A DNA stretch of 64,000 nucleotides from a virus. The DNA is taken from positions 17,023 through 81,022 of the IMG/VR virus record IMGVR_UViG_3300028920_000061, one strand, 5' to 3'. The translations under genes were made by a program, and so were the position numbers. Shown here piece after piece: positions 25,346 through 37,227 of the stretch. The notes beneath the pieces were generated by a model. The model saw only the letters and a list, made by a program, of their open reading frames with translations, made no database searches and was not told the origin of the DNA. How positions within the stretch are numbered: position 1 is the stretch's first letter; the number at the start of each line of letters is the position of its first letter.

Positions 25346-26436
25346 TAAATATACCTTCCACTATAGTTATACAATTCAGTTCCAACAGTTTGCTGATACA
25401 AATTCTCAGCAACAGTAAAGTAATCACTCACCGTTGATGACAATGATGCCATCCCCTGGAATATGCCATGATACGCTCTGATTTTTAGAACATCAGTTCC
25501 AGCAACAGGAGCTGTACCACTCGTAAATCTTGAACTATTCCATTTTTCAAGAGCGATATTATACGCGCTTCCTGAAATAGTTTTTGATAGAACGATACCA
25601 TAACATGTCACGTCTGGAGTGTCGTCAAAAACGACTTTAAGAATGTCTCCAATCCCAACATTGTTGTATATCGTTAAATAATCAGCAACACTCGCGTCCC
25701 CGGTAATTGTGAACGTATAAGCGTTGCTTGATTGCATTTCAACTTCGTCAGTAGAAAACTCGTCGCCCTCTTTTGAGATCAAAAATGGATTGTTTGTTGT
25801 GATCGAAAAATAATCGAGAGGTACGACGAGTTTTGAATCTGACTTGAACCGTATGCCGGGAACACCGGCCCATTTAATTCTTCGGTACGCTGTCTGCGAA
25901 GCGGTAAGAGGTTGGTAATATTCTATATCAAAACGTGGAATTGTGATTCTAGCATTGGCTGAAAATCCAAAAAATTGAGATAACTCATACAAGTCACTGT
26001 CGTCATCATGCAGACTCGATAACAATTTATTATAGATTGGAAATGAGCTACCAAGAAGGTCAACACTCATGCTCTCCGGCTCTATCTGAAGAAAATACTT
26101 GTATTTCTGCAGACGCTCTTCTTCAACAAGGGTAGAAAAAGGAGTAATATCAGAATCAAAATAGTTGTATGCATCAGCCTTGAATGCTGGAATTGATACA
26201 CGGTCAGGCGTATGAATAATTCTTGAAGTGACAATGCCTGACTCTATTATATCGTAGGTTCCATTTGGTAGTGGGGAACTGACAAAATATCCTTGATCGT
26301 CAGATGATACAGAGTCAACAGTAACTGACCCGGAAGGGTCGTTTCTGGCTATTGAAATTGTAGTATTACGAATGACATTACCGGCACTGTCGGTAATAAA
26401 TCCTTGTATCGGGCTGGATCGAAGATTTGATATCAT
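25345..26436 (-). CDS. Virion protein with N-terminal carboxypeptidase-regulatory-like (prealbumin-fold) domain
   Basis: IQGFITDSAGNVI...SDDQGYF....LPNGTYDI. Confidence 0.65.
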   Translation of the reverse strand: MISNLRSSPIQGFITDSAGNVIRNTTISIARNDPSGSVTVDSVSSDDQGYFVSSPLPNGTYDIIESGIVTSRIIHTPDRVSIPAFKADAYNYFDSDITPFSTLVEEERLQKYKYFLQIEPESMSVDLLGSSFPIYNKLLSSLHDDDSDLYELSQFFGFSANARITIPRFDIEYYQPLTASQTAYRRIKWAGVPGIRFKSDSKLVVPLDYFSITTNNPFLISKEGDEFSTDEVEMQSSNAYTFTITGDASVADYLTIYNNVGIGDILKVVFDDTPDVTCYGIVLSKTISGSAYNIALEKWNSSRFTSGTAPVAGTDVLKIRAYHGIFQGMASLSSTVSDYFTVAENLYQQTVGTELYNYSGRYI

Positions 26437-26440
26437 AATA

Positions 26441-29400
26441 TCATCTGGAAAGGAGTGAAAAATAGCTCAAACCGAACCTGCGTATATATTCTACAATGTC
26501 GATCTTAGACCAGTCAAGGCCGTCATCCCAGTCTCCTGAAGGGGGCGTTATCGGATTCCACCATGGCATATTTGTATAATCATTTACTACACCGGTAACC
26601 CTACTATCAATATACTGCATGGTATCCGATCCGGTCCCAAAATTCCCATAGGAAACCGGGTAGGTTCTCGCCTTTAAAGGTCTTATTCGAATATATATTT
26701 TGCTGTTTTCATCCACATATCTATCAAAATCGCTATCGTCACCCCTTGATCCAAAATCCATGTGTCTTGTTTTAAAAAGCGTATCCACAGCTGAAGATGA
26801 AAACTGTGTTTCACAGCTCTTAAACTCAAAATCAGTTTTCTTATTCAATTTCGAATAGGGCTTATGAAGGGAAACGGGCCCTTCCCAGTCATATATATTT
26901 GCTGGTATGCCAGAGCCGTCAGTGATATTGTATGAGGCGCTTGGTGTTGTGAAATACACCTTTAAGCGTGTATTGTTCGGGTAGACGGTGTCCTGCTCCA
27001 CATAGGCAACATGATACATTCTTCCAGTTTCACTGTCATACATGACGAGGTTTGATTTTTCATCAACTTCAGCTGCCTCTTCGTCTGTTAATCCATAATC
27101 AATTGCTGAAGAGTCGTATTTTTCCAATATGACAAAATAAAGATTATTATGCACTAAAACTTTTGAAACTGCTGCATGAAGTCCTGAGACAAGGGTTTTA
27201 GCAGTGTATTTCTTATTGTCATACAGAGTCATTGAAAACGGTCGCCACATTGCCCTTGTTGAACCATTGACTGGGTAAGCAGTATCCCATACTTCAATTA
27301 TCACATCCGACAGAGATTCTTCAGTTGGTTTGTACCTGGTCCCATCCGTATAATCTTCATTGCTTGTTGCGGGTGGCCAGTATGCGGTATGACAAAACGC
27401 TGACACTTTTGAATAAATCCATCGTTTAATATCAGGAATCCCAGCATATTCATCCTGCTTTCGTCCTGTTGTACTTGACAACTCAGCAGTATCAAGCTCA
27501 AGCACATAAGATGGATACTCACGGTTGATATACGAACTGAATTTATTGTCTCCATATTTCCAGACGCGATTATCAACATTCCAAACCATTTTCATATCGG
27601 CTGGATTATGTGAAAAAAGCGAATCATCAATATCAATATCAAACGTACCAAATGTTGGATAAGTCTGTCTTGGTTTTGTCATTGATATGAAAATGGATGT
27701 CTCATCAACTCGATAATAACATAGATGCGCAGGATATATCAGACGATTAGCCGGTCGTGACACCATTTGTGTCAGATGACCGCCGGCGGATTCTGGGTCG
27801 CTTTCAATGGTGTCCTCAGTTGGTGAATCCATTCCTTTGAAATAATCTATTCGACAAAATGCGTCATCACCTTCAGGGGCATACCTGGCGTTGTAGGAAT
27901 CATAATGATTGTTGGAATCCAACGCCCATGATCCGGCGTTAATATAGGATGATTTTTTGAATATTTGAGTTTTCTTGAATTCAGACTGCCCTGCTACTCT
28001 GACCTGATATGAGCCGGCGCAAAATGGAAATTCCACTTCATACATTATTTCTTCACGGCCATCACTTAGCAATACCGGTTCGATATATGGGTCCCTTCTA
28101 ATGATTTTAACATACCCATGTATTCCAGGTATTCTCAGCATTGGTCTGAAAAGTTCATAATTGTCTATTTGGTGAATCCATTGAGGCATTGTTATGAGGG
28201 AGTCGCTTACAGTATCAGGACCGCCGGGTACATAATTAGTACAATAGAGTTTCGCATACACAGACGCTGAGCCCATTCCATTTTTTTTAGAATAATGACC
28301 GGCACCACAAATTCTAATCTTTTGGTCGGTGTAATAGCTTTCTATATCAGCAACTTCAGGACTGGCTGCTGAATTAGTATAAAAACTAAAACGTTTTACT
28401 CCTGTATCACCAACAAGTCCGCCAAGTAAATCATCAAGGGCATATTCTTCTCTTTTGAAATAGTCATTTAAAGAGGCTCCCTTGAAAGTATCATATGCCT
28501 CCGTGTCTTCACCTTCCATTTTCATTTCTGGGCCGTTCAAATGAAGAACATGAAGAATATCAGTATTATATTCTTCTCTATCAAGTTCACGGTCAAGTTC
28601 ACGAATATATGCTCTTGGCGCACGTATTTTAACACATGCTGTCCAAGCTTTTGGCCAACTAAAACTTATGTCACCCCCATCAGCTCCAACGATTTTGTAA
28701 TCTATCGCCTGTCCGTTCGCAAGGGGTCTCACTTTCATGTACGGCTCTGTTGTAACGATAGAGGAATACCGGCGATTTCGTTCTGTCTGTACATCTATAC
28801 CGCGTATGAAATTTGAACTATCATACATTTCCTGACCAATCACATAATTTCCACCGCCTTCATCGTATACGTTATTGCGAGAAATATGAAAGGCTATTTG
28901 TGACTGATCATCCTCTTCATATGATAAGCCTGGAGCATGAAAAAATGATTTTCCTTCTGGGGTAACAGGCCCCGAATGTGCCAATTTTTGTTTTTCAATA
29001 ACATTTTTCTGAGACAATTGAGGCAATAGGCGCGTAGTTAATAGTGCAATAGTTGCTTCCTGAAATTGGCCATCAACTTTATCGTCTCCATCGTAAACTT
29101 GATTATAGAAAAGTGGCAATCCGATATACGGATGGCACGTCCATGGTTCTTCCGATTTGAAATCATACGGATAGTGAATAAATTCTACTATTCCGCCATC
29201 GCAAAAACCCCAGTTGATGTCAGTTGGTACAACTTTATAATCAAGTAGTCTTGTAGTGTGTGCGATATCTGCATTAGCTACAAGGGCCTGTGCGGCACTC
29301 GTACAGTCCGCGTTGTATGTCCCCATTACCACAGAGAAACTGTAATCCTTCAGGGTTAATGGGCTGAATGATCGGTGTGCCCATATATAAAGGTCATAAC

Positions 29401-29905
29401 CGGGTTTTGAAGTATATGGTAAGCTTAAATATTCCTGATCGATTTTGTATCCGGTTTCATAAATTACAGGAGCAAAATAAAAAGAATGATACCTGCTGAT
29501 TGTCCCATCTGCGTCAGTAACCAGCTCAGATTGATTAATGAATTCGATAATATCAAAAGCAGCGTGCCTTTGTCCTACTTTGGAATACTGTTTGGTAGAA
29601 AGTTCATGCTCATATCCAAGCTTTTCATCTGCTATCAGAAGTATAATACCGTATACATCTGTAAGCTGCGTCACATTGGCGTATTCACTAATGAATATGT
29701 CATGGTTGCTGAAAAATGAGACGTATCCGACGTGCGGATTGAATGATGTATTGTTATTGAACTTGTGAAGAAAGTCGGCAAACCAGACATACCTCTCCGC
29801 AACAAACCCCTTGGCTGCCCCGGAGGCAAGAAAGCGTGACGACTCTGAAAAATCATTTATCAAAGCGTGGTGATACGATTCTTTATCTGGATTTATGCAT
29901 TTCAT
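26441..29905 (-). CDS. Large virion structural protein (1154 aa)
   Basis: Long Tyr/Asp-rich ORF in the structural operon. Confidence 0.75.
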   Translation of the reverse strand: MKCINPDKESYHHALINDFSESSRFLASGAAKGFVAERYVWFADFLHKFNNNTSFNPHVGYVSFFSNHDIFISEYANVTQLTDVYGIILLIADEKLGYEHELSTKQYSKVGQRHAAFDIIEFINQSELVTDADGTISRYHSFYFAPVIYETGYKIDQEYLSLPYTSKPGYDLYIWAHRSFSPLTLKDYSFSVVMGTYNADCTSAAQALVANADIAHTTRLLDYKVVPTDINWGFCDGGIVEFIHYPYDFKSEEPWTCHPYIGLPLFYNQVYDGDDKVDGQFQEATIALLTTRLLPQLSQKNVIEKQKLAHSGPVTPEGKSFFHAPGLSYEEDDQSQIAFHISRNNVYDEGGGNYVIGQEMYDSSNFIRGIDVQTERNRRYSSIVTTEPYMKVRPLANGQAIDYKIVGADGGDISFSWPKAWTACVKIRAPRAYIRELDRELDREEYNTDILHVLHLNGPEMKMEGEDTEAYDTFKGASLNDYFKREEYALDDLLGGLVGDTGVKRFSFYTNSAASPEVADIESYYTDQKIRICGAGHYSKKNGMGSASVYAKLYCTNYVPGGPDTVSDSLITMPQWIHQIDNYELFRPMLRIPGIHGYVKIIRRDPYIEPVLLSDGREEIMYEVEFPFCAGSYQVRVAGQSEFKKTQIFKKSSYINAGSWALDSNNHYDSYNARYAPEGDDAFCRIDYFKGMDSPTEDTIESDPESAGGHLTQMVSRPANRLIYPAHLCYYRVDETSIFISMTKPRQTYPTFGTFDIDIDDSLFSHNPADMKMVWNVDNRVWKYGDNKFSSYINREYPSYVLELDTAELSSTTGRKQDEYAGIPDIKRWIYSKVSAFCHTAYWPPATSNEDYTDGTRYKPTEESLSDVIIEVWDTAYPVNGSTRAMWRPFSMTLYDNKKYTAKTLVSGLHAAVSKVLVHNNLYFVILEKYDSSAIDYGLTDEEAAEVDEKSNLVMYDSETGRMYHVAYVEQDTVYPNNTRLKVYFTTPSASYNITDGSGIPANIYDWEGPVSLHKPYSKLNKKTDFEFKSCETQFSSSAVDTLFKTRHMDFGSRGDDSDFDRYVDENSKIYIRIRPLKARTYPVSYGNFGTGSDTMQYIDSRVTGVVNDYTNMPWWNPITPPSGDWDDGLDWSKIDIVEYIRRFGLSYFSLLSR

Positions 29906-32900
29906 AGGTTGAAAATTGGCCCTCCGCCAAATTTGACATTCTTAATCGGATTCTTTGCCCCGGAGATACAAAGGGTCACAGCCTCATTCAAAAGAAGCTG
30001 AAGCTTATTCTCCTGTTCATTAAAATAGAGTGAATACCTGTCATCATCAAGCATTCTACCAAGAATGAATGGGGATTCGCTGTTTATCTTTGTTGCAATA
30101 ATTGTCATTGATTCCGCATCATAATACGCAGTAAATTCTTCCACTACTTTTCTAACCTTATCGGTTTTCAAAAGAATAGAAGGTTCAGCCTTTAATTGAA
30201 TTGCGATTTTCTGTTCACGTATGAACTCTTCAAGCTCATCCTGATTGTATTGAAATCTTGCATACAAATCTTCATACACTGTATCATTTTTCAGACAAAT
30301 AAGACGCTTATTTTCTCGATCAAGGTCAATTCGTATTTGATCAACAGACCGCACATCAGATGATTCAAGATCAAAAATGTGAATAGCCAGCTCATAAGGG
30401 CCTATATCAATAAATCCACCCCTGAATTGCCTATCGCTTCCTTCTATATCAGTCGTCATTGAATACAAGGTAACGGCAGAATCGTTTCCAGTATTGGCAA
30501 CAATACTTGTAAGAAGTGGCTTGAGGTTTGATTGAGTCATAACTGTTGATGGAGCTGAAAAACTTTCAATTTCTGTGAACTCAGGATCTTCGTTTTCTTG
30601 AGGATTAACAACTCTCGAAGACGTTATACCTATATCAAAGTCACCAGATCCGATATTGTATGTTAAACCATTGTACATGTAATCATCAAGAGAGCCTGTG
30701 CATGTTTTAAATGTGAGAGTGCTTGACTCGTCACAAATGAATATCGAATTGTAATTTTTGTGACCTGTCAGTGTGGTTTTGGCCAAATACATCGTTGATA
30801 AAGAACCGTCATTAAAATATAAAACTATCGAATTCACGATTTCGATATTGGTATCAGAATTGACAAGTGTATCATTGTTTACCTGAACGATGCAATTGAT
30901 TAAAATGATTTTTGACGTAAGTGCAGAGTGCGATTCGTTCAGACTGTAATTTCCACTTGAGTCAACACTGTAAATTTTTATGTTTTCAAAAGTCAAACTG
31001 CCTTGTTTGCTGTCATCATCGAAAAGGCCATCTGAATTATACCGTATTGATGCCGGGCCCTCAGCCGCCTCGTTTGGATCAGTCATCACCTTAACGGTTC
31101 TATCTTCACGATTGTCAAATTCGAACATTCCTTCAAATGTCTTATTGGCTTCTACATATATGAGTATGTTATCAATTGTGTTTGTTGCCAGATATGCATT
31201 AAGAGTTGTTATAGTGTGAAACTGATAAATGGTTGAAACGCTGTCATAAAAATTATCTCTTAAATAAAGAGTTTGCGTTGGAAATTCGTCAGTTGCTATT
31301 CCAAATTGATTTGATATACTGACGGGGCCTATTTGCAGGGACCCTGTTCCTATTAACTGACTTTGTTCTATGGCACCCCTATCCCATTGCTCCTCTTCAC
31401 GATCTACACCGCGGCAGTCTTCAAAGAAATAATATGGTGAGGTTTCTCGGAGATCATAAGCTGAATTGATTGCGACAGAATCTACATCCAAGTCAGGGGT
31501 GTAATCTTCAGTTAATCGGTCAATGAATTTTATATATTGCTTGTTGATATTTCCATTATTAGTTCCGGCAGTCACGTCTCGGCTGATGTTGTACAACAAA
31601 AGGAATTTGCCGGTATTCTCAGGATGATCTTCTATGAAATCTCCAGCAACATTGTCTTGACATATGTTATTGTACATCTGCACAATAGTAGAAAGTCCAG
31701 AACTTTTAATTTGATAAATTCCATAATAGCAATTGACAATTGTGTTATTCATCACCCAAACATAATTGGTATAACCGCCTTCCATTGAGATGCCGCCTAT
31801 GCATCTGCTTAGAATATTATTGACGATTACATAGATTATACCATTGACCATTCCATCGTCGCAATCACAATGAATGGCTTTGGCGCCACATTCATGAATT
31901 ATGTTTGAATCAATTAAGAACCCTTTTGAATATTGTATGTATATACCGCCACCGTTTGCATTACTATTTTCAAGAATAATTCCAGAAATTTCAATATACC
32001 TTGCATTATTAACATTAATGGCATAGCCTAAATCGTTCAAAAGAACTTCGGATCCAGAGCTGGGGTTCCCTTTGTGCCTGTGAGGCACATTGCAGTGTTT
32101 TGTAATATCAATTGGTGAGAATATGCGTATGAAATAATCAACATCGCATGTGTACCCGGAAATCGTACATGCACTTGAAACAAGACCGACGCTGTCATCT
32201 GAAACAACAATATTGACCTGTACTTCAGCAGAAGTTAAATCACTTCCTACAATTGTTTCAATCCCACCGGAAAATGCACTTGGAAGATTACTGAATTTTC
32301 TCTTTATAATAGTAATCAGATGTTCACCAGAAACAGCATCATCACCATTTTCATCAGATATATACCAGTTTAAACTGTCAATTTTTTCTCCAAGATATCC
32401 AATAACAGTGGAGACGCCCGTTATAACCACATCACCTGATGCAATTTTATCGTTTGTTTGAGGGGTCCCAAACGTAATGATGGAACCGATTACGGTGGCC
32501 TTTGCGGCAGATGCTGTGTGATAATTCTGTGTAATATCTCCAACAGAAAAGAACACTTTTTTTGCTTGATACTCAAGGGCACCCATGTCCCAGAATCTGC
32601 CACGGGCATTTCCAACGGCGTCTGTATCAAAAGGATATGTGGTATCACCGTTAAGCTGTGTGCCAACCCCTCGAGGAGAGTCTTTTGTTAGATTATAATT
32701 TCTGTTTGGAACATCTTCAAATTCCGCTGTAGTTGAATCAAGATCCCCAGTTCCGCCACCGGTACTCGCATCTTCAGCCATACAGTATCTCGTATTGGGA
32801 ACGCCACCATAACATCCTGAAGGGCAATTCTGAACAATATTATTTGTCAAGTTGCACAATACTGTAGAGTATATCCCCACATCGCAATCGTCTATGGTGT

Positions 32901-35900
32901 TGCTGTAGATGTAATCAGTAAGTGATGCTAATATTCCTTTATTTAAAAAATCATAAATTATGTTATTTACGATTTTTGATTTCAAATCTGACGAAACACA
33001 TTCAATTCCATGTTTACCATTGAAAATGATATTGTTTATGATCTTACAATTTGATGCGTTTACATATATACAAGAAAGGGTGCTTGCCCCACTTACTGAT
33101 ATTAAAATTCCATCTATTTCTGTGTAATCGCATGATATGTCTACCATTGGTTGTAAAGTGGTAGAACTGTAAATCATTCTTGCATACGAATCGTATACAC
33201 CATCGTGTCTTTGGGTAGAATAGCATTCATCAGTTTCATATGGGGCATACAATCTTAGATAATTATCTTCATCAGTTGTGAATCCTGAAATGACTGCAGG
33301 TTCAATATTATTTGACCCTTTGTCCATAGCAATGCTTATTTGAAGCTTTGCTTTAACAAGGTCGGTCATTGGATTGGTAGCGTCTCCGTATGGAGAAAAT
33401 TGAGCAATACTTTCGGAATCAGTTGAATCATAAACTTTTTCAACATAATTGAATGTTCGCTTGATTGATATAACCAAAACGCCCGATGCCGCTTCCGGAA
33501 TTTCACCAACATCGTTCACAACGGTCCATGATGTATCTGAAATTTTATTTTTTAGATAAGCTGTTTTAGTGCTTGGCGCAATATCATATAGAAGAGTATC
33601 TCCAATAATAACACCGCTATCGGAAATATCCGTTGAAAATGTAGCCACATTTCCTGAAATGGTTACTGTCAACCCGGTTAAAGACAGTACTTTATTGTCT
33701 GTTGATGTACCACAAGAAAAAGTTTGAACCGTCGTAGTCAAATCTTGACAGTCAGCACCAATACTGTATTCCGGTATCAATTCCGAATCTATGTCCCGAG
33801 TGGGGTTGTTACTGTCAATCGCCCCCTGATTGAGTGCTTCAAAATCATTTCTAGCCAAATGGTAATCATCGGTACCGGCAAATGATAAAGTGACACTTGT
33901 AATTGTGCCTGTTGCATCTTCACTAATACAATTTGAAATTGAGCCTCCACCGGAGTAACCTGTTGCAGACCCTTGAGCAATATCGTTATTCAATGCGGCT
34001 GTCGCCTGGGTTGTATAGGCTGTCCCATTGTCAGAAACAATAGTATTATTATTGCTGTAACCATTCTTAATATCGAGCCCAACGGTGGTGGTATCGTAAA
34101 TAATATTTGCTTTTGCATATATCACATATGCATTCGTGTCCTGCGTTACTCCATCGGTGCTATCCTTGATGATACATCGCTTTACAGATGATCCGCCGGC
34201 AGACGAAAAAGCGACACCAGTACTGCTGGCTGCTTTGATTTGCAAACCATCAATATGTATGTATTGATTTGAAACTGCAATTGCAACTGCAGCTGAAGTT
34301 TCGATTCGATATCTCGTATCAAGCCATGCGCCTGAATGCCTTTGCCTTGTATTGCATTGGGTTAGAGTATCAAAAGGGGCTTCAATGGTCATGAAATATG
34401 TGGAGCTTGTCGTCCACCCCGAAACAGTGACTGTTGATGTATCTGCTGAAGCATCGTCCTGGTAGCACTCGATTTTGATATCAGCAGTATTCGTAACAAG
34501 ATCTTTGGACCCAAACTCAGCAGAGATATCGGTGCTCAAAGCTGTATGAAGGGCGTTCGAGACGCGTTTGATATCTGTAACAGTGTTAGAAAAATTTGCG
34601 ACAGTTCCACCGGTATTGTCTACAACCCTCCAGATACTCGCTGAGCCCTTTTCTGCCAGATAAACGTCCCCTCCAGGAGTTGTTACTTTATCACCTATGC
34701 CAATTCCGCTATCGAGAGATGCGCTGAATGTAGCAATACCGCCCACAACGTCAATGTTTACTGAGCCAGATTGAAGATCTGATGAATTATGACCGACTGA
34801 AAAATATGCAGCATTCTTTGTTGGTAACGAGTACTGATCAGCCCCAATGCTCCACCCATAAGGCTCATTATAGTATGTCTCGGGCCTTGTTTCACTGTCA
34901 ATATCAATATATGCCTGAAAGAAATGATCAACATTTGCGGCATAACCTGAACTCATCAAAATCTGTTGAGCAAAAGGTATATGAAAATCCCGAACATCTC
35001 TGAATGTAACCGTTTTTAAGGCGTCGTTATTCCGATCGAGCTTCAGCGAAAGTCCGGTAGAGTCAGAAGTCCAGTTTGATTCTGAGGTTATGTAATCTGA
35101 TGTTGGCTCATCACCCTCCAAATCAATTCCGTTTTGAAGCATCAAATTGTTAAGAAGTCGTATCTGATTAATTGCGCTGGAATCTACTGATCCTCTTGCA
35201 AGATATTTGATACCGTATCCGCAATTGTAAACAGTATTGTTGAAAATGGCAAATAGATAACCACCACTATCTGTGTTGTAATTATCAATCAATATTCCAG
35301 CATTCGTATTGTCATACACCACATTACTGAGAACAGCAATTTTTGAATCCTGTCCAGTTTCAGAAATAACTTGAATCCCTGCTTCTTTAACTATGTTGGC
35401 TTCAACTCTGGAAATTGCGTTCAGCAAATAGATATCATCATCGAGTTGCATTCCAATAATTTTGAAATATCCACCTGTTGAACTTGCTTGTATTCCACTC
35501 ACATACATCAAATCATTATCCCACACCCCTGCATGACGACGGTTCGAGTTTGATTTAGAGTCAGAACCTGTCGGGGTATAAATAGTAATACCTCTTGTTT
35601 CATCGCATGTGTATCCAGTAAAAGAAGCGTAAGAATCCGATGTCGCAGTTTTTTCAACACACACAAGTTCAATCTGAATATCGCTACTAACAAGATTGGT
35701 CGGTGCACCGCTTAATATGAAAGCTGCCAAACTATTAAATTGAGGAAGGATAGATGTAATAGCTGACGGGCCTGCGACATCTGCAGGTGCCAATCCGTTT
35801 GTTGCTGTAGTCCTCCATTGGGTGGAACTTATTTTTTCAGTGAGTATGCAGCTTCCAGACGCATGAGTCAGAACGTAGCCTGCCGATACCAGTGGGTTCA

Positions 35901-37227
35901 ATTGGTCGGTGCTGAATGTCACAACCCCATTTGATATGCTGATACTGGCGGCGGTATGAACACTGCCACCTAATGTGTTTCCAATTCCATACGGAACAAC
36001 CCGAACAAACTCAAGAGCACCCATTGTCGGGGTACTGTCGACCGGGTTTCCTTCGATATCTTCGCTAATCGCGAATAGCGAATACTTTGAAAGGTCGAGG
36101 GCCGCATCCATGACGCTCGTGTTGTTGGCGTTGGTAAGCCTGAAATCACCATTGGCGGCGTCGTAGAAATCAAGCGCGGCACTTGTTACGCAGTTGGTGC
36201 CTGTTGCCGTCGCATCATCACTGGCTGAATTGTAGAATGCGGCTGGAGGGGTTACAAAACCATTTGTGGCGTTACTTGCCGCCAAACAATTGGCACAATA
36301 TGTACTGGCTCCCGCGGCGGTAAATTCGTATCCAACTGGATACCCATGAACGGTGTTCTGAATCACTTTTGAAGATGCGTTTGCGCCAATACCTTTCCCC
36401 GCACTTCCATGTACAATATTTCTAGCTACTACCACATCATCAGACGATTCAGTGACAAGTATGCCATATCCTGTAAAATCTTTTAATTTGCAATCAGAAA
36501 CAACCCCTGTACCTTGCATGTCAATTCCGTTAGTGCAGGCACCATTCTTCTGCAGGTGGAGGCCTTCAACAAGCACATTGTCGTCTGAGCATTGAAGGAG
36601 CGTCGTGACAGCGTTCGACTCGATAACAAACCCGTCAGACGAATGGGTGTGACGTTGAGACTTGTTGCATTCTTTGGCAATGCTGGTTGGCGTGTATATC
36701 TTTATGAATGACGAATTGGATGTGGTCCAGCCGGTAACGTCAATAGTATTGCTTGTGTACGATGACTTTTCGTAACACGGGAAATATACTGTATAACCAT
36801 TTGATGCAATGTTGGCGCCTATTTCAGATTTTGTGTCACTCAAGGCGTCTATGAGATTGGAATAGACCTTATCTATTCTTTCGATATTACCTGAATGGTC
36901 GTATGGGACTTCACCATTATAAGTGCTAACTTCCCATTGCCGTGTGGATATCTTCCTTGTAAGATATACATACGGTCCAACAGATTTGTGAACGATATCC
37001 CCAATTCCAATATACGGATGTGTTTGAGGGCAGGAAAAAGTAAGTACACCGTTTTCTAACGAAAAGGTAGGTAAGCTGCCGTCGGTTTCTCGCGTAACAT
37101 ATGTACTGTTTAAAACCTGATCGCCAACCGACCTGGCAATAATTGTTCCTGATGGCTTATATCCATAGGTGGAGTATGCAGCGCCCTGAATTGGATTTGC
37201 AGGGCTGTATATGCGCCCGAAGAACAT
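29902..37227 (-). CDS. Giant (2441 aa) repeat protein with five tandem beta-helix modules; putative spike/appendage
   Basis: Five ~360-400 aa units, each with F-S-V-G, YL..K.S...W, SG(W/Y/F)T, RH.G, parallel beta-helix NN(T/I)I repeats and a (D/S/T)(I/M/R)GA(D/L/I)(E/Q) end. Confidence 0.85.
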   Translation of the reverse strand: MFFGRIYSPANPIQGAAYSTYGYKPSGTIIARSVGDQVLNSTYVTRETDGSLPTFSLENGVLTFSCPQTHPYIGIGDIVHKSVGPYVYLTRKISTRQWEVSTYNGEVPYDHSGNIERIDKVYSNLIDALSDTKSEIGANIASNGYTVYFPCYEKSSYTSNTIDVTGWTTSNSSFIKIYTPTSIAKECNKSQRHTHSSDGFVIESNAVTTLLQCSDDNVLVEGLHLQKNGACTNGIDMQGTGVVSDCKLKDFTGYGILVTESSDDVVVARNIVHGSAGKGIGANASSKVIQNTVHGYPVGYEFTAAGASTYCANCLAASNATNGFVTPPAAFYNSASDDATATGTNCVTSAALDFYDAANGDFRLTNANNTSVMDAALDLSKYSLFAISEDIEGNPVDSTPTMGALEFVRVVPYGIGNTLGGSVHTAASISISNGVVTFSTDQLNPLVSAGYVLTHASGSCILTEKISSTQWRTTATNGLAPADVAGPSAITSILPQFNSLAAFILSGAPTNLVSSDIQIELVCVEKTATSDSYASFTGYTCDETRGITIYTPTGSDSKSNSNRRHAGVWDNDLMYVSGIQASSTGGYFKIIGMQLDDDIYLLNAISRVEANIVKEAGIQVISETGQDSKIAVLSNVVYDNTNAGILIDNYNTDSGGYLFAIFNNTVYNCGYGIKYLARGSVDSSAINQIRLLNNLMLQNGIDLEGDEPTSDYITSESNWTSDSTGLSLKLDRNNDALKTVTFRDVRDFHIPFAQQILMSSGYAANVDHFFQAYIDIDSETRPETYYNEPYGWSIGADQYSLPTKNAAYFSVGHNSSDLQSGSVNIDVVGGIATFSASLDSGIGIGDKVTTPGGDVYLAEKGSASIWRVVDNTGGTVANFSNTVTDIKRVSNALHTALSTDISAEFGSKDLVTNTADIKIECYQDDASADTSTVTVSGWTTSSTYFMTIEAPFDTLTQCNTRQRHSGAWLDTRYRIETSAAVAIAVSNQYIHIDGLQIKAASSTGVAFSSAGGSSVKRCIIKDSTDGVTQDTNAYVIYAKANIIYDTTTVGLDIKNGYSNNNTIVSDNGTAYTTQATAALNNDIAQGSATGYSGGGSISNCISEDATGTITSVTLSFAGTDDYHLARNDFEALNQGAIDSNNPTRDIDSELIPEYSIGADCQDLTTTVQTFSCGTSTDNKVLSLTGLTVTISGNVATFSTDISDSGVIIGDTLLYDIAPSTKTAYLKNKISDTSWTVVNDVGEIPEAASGVLVISIKRTFNYVEKVYDSTDSESIAQFSPYGDATNPMTDLVKAKLQISIAMDKGSNNIEPAVISGFTTDEDNYLRLYAPYETDECYSTQRHDGVYDSYARMIYSSTTLQPMVDISCDYTEIDGILISVSGASTLSCIYVNASNCKIINNIIFNGKHGIECVSSDLKSKIVNNIIYDFLNKGILASLTDYIYSNTIDDCDVGIYSTVLCNLTNNIVQNCPSGCYGGVPNTRYCMAEDASTGGGTGDLDSTTAEFEDVPNRNYNLTKDSPRGVGTQLNGDTTYPFDTDAVGNARGRFWDMGALEYQAKKVFFSVGDITQNYHTASAAKATVIGSIITFGTPQTNDKIASGDVVITGVSTVIGYLGEKIDSLNWYISDENGDDAVSGEHLITIIKRKFSNLPSAFSGGIETIVGSDLTSAEVQVNIVVSDDSVGLVSSACTISGYTCDVDYFIRIFSPIDITKHCNVPHRHKGNPSSGSEVLLNDLGYAINVNNARYIEISGIILENSNANGGGIYIQYSKGFLIDSNIIHECGAKAIHCDCDDGMVNGIIYVIVNNILSRCIGGISMEGGYTNYVWVMNNTIVNCYYGIYQIKSSGLSTIVQMYNNICQDNVAGDFIEDHPENTGKFLLLYNISRDVTAGTNNGNINKQYIKFIDRLTEDYTPDLDVDSVAINSAYDLRETSPYYFFEDCRGVDREEEQWDRGAIEQSQLIGTGSLQIGPVSISNQFGIATDEFPTQTLYLRDNFYDSVSTIYQFHTITTLNAYLATNTIDNILIYVEANKTFEGMFEFDNREDRTVKVMTDPNEAAEGPASIRYNSDGLFDDDSKQGSLTFENIKIYSVDSSGNYSLNESHSALTSKIILINCIVQVNNDTLVNSDTNIEIVNSIVLYFNDGSLSTMYLAKTTLTGHKNYNSIFICDESSTLTFKTCTGSLDDYMYNGLTYNIGSGDFDIGITSSRVVNPQENEDPEFTEIESFSAPSTVMTQSNLKPLLTSIVANTGNDSAVTLYSMTTDIEGSDRQFRGGFIDIGPYELAIHIFDLESSDVRSVDQIRIDLDRENKRLICLKNDTVYEDLYARFQYNQDELEEFIREQKIAIQLKAEPSILLKTDKVRKVVEEFTAYYDAESMTIIATKINSESPFILGRMLDDDRYSLYFNEQENKLQLLLNEAVTLCISGAKNPIKNVKFGGGPIFNL

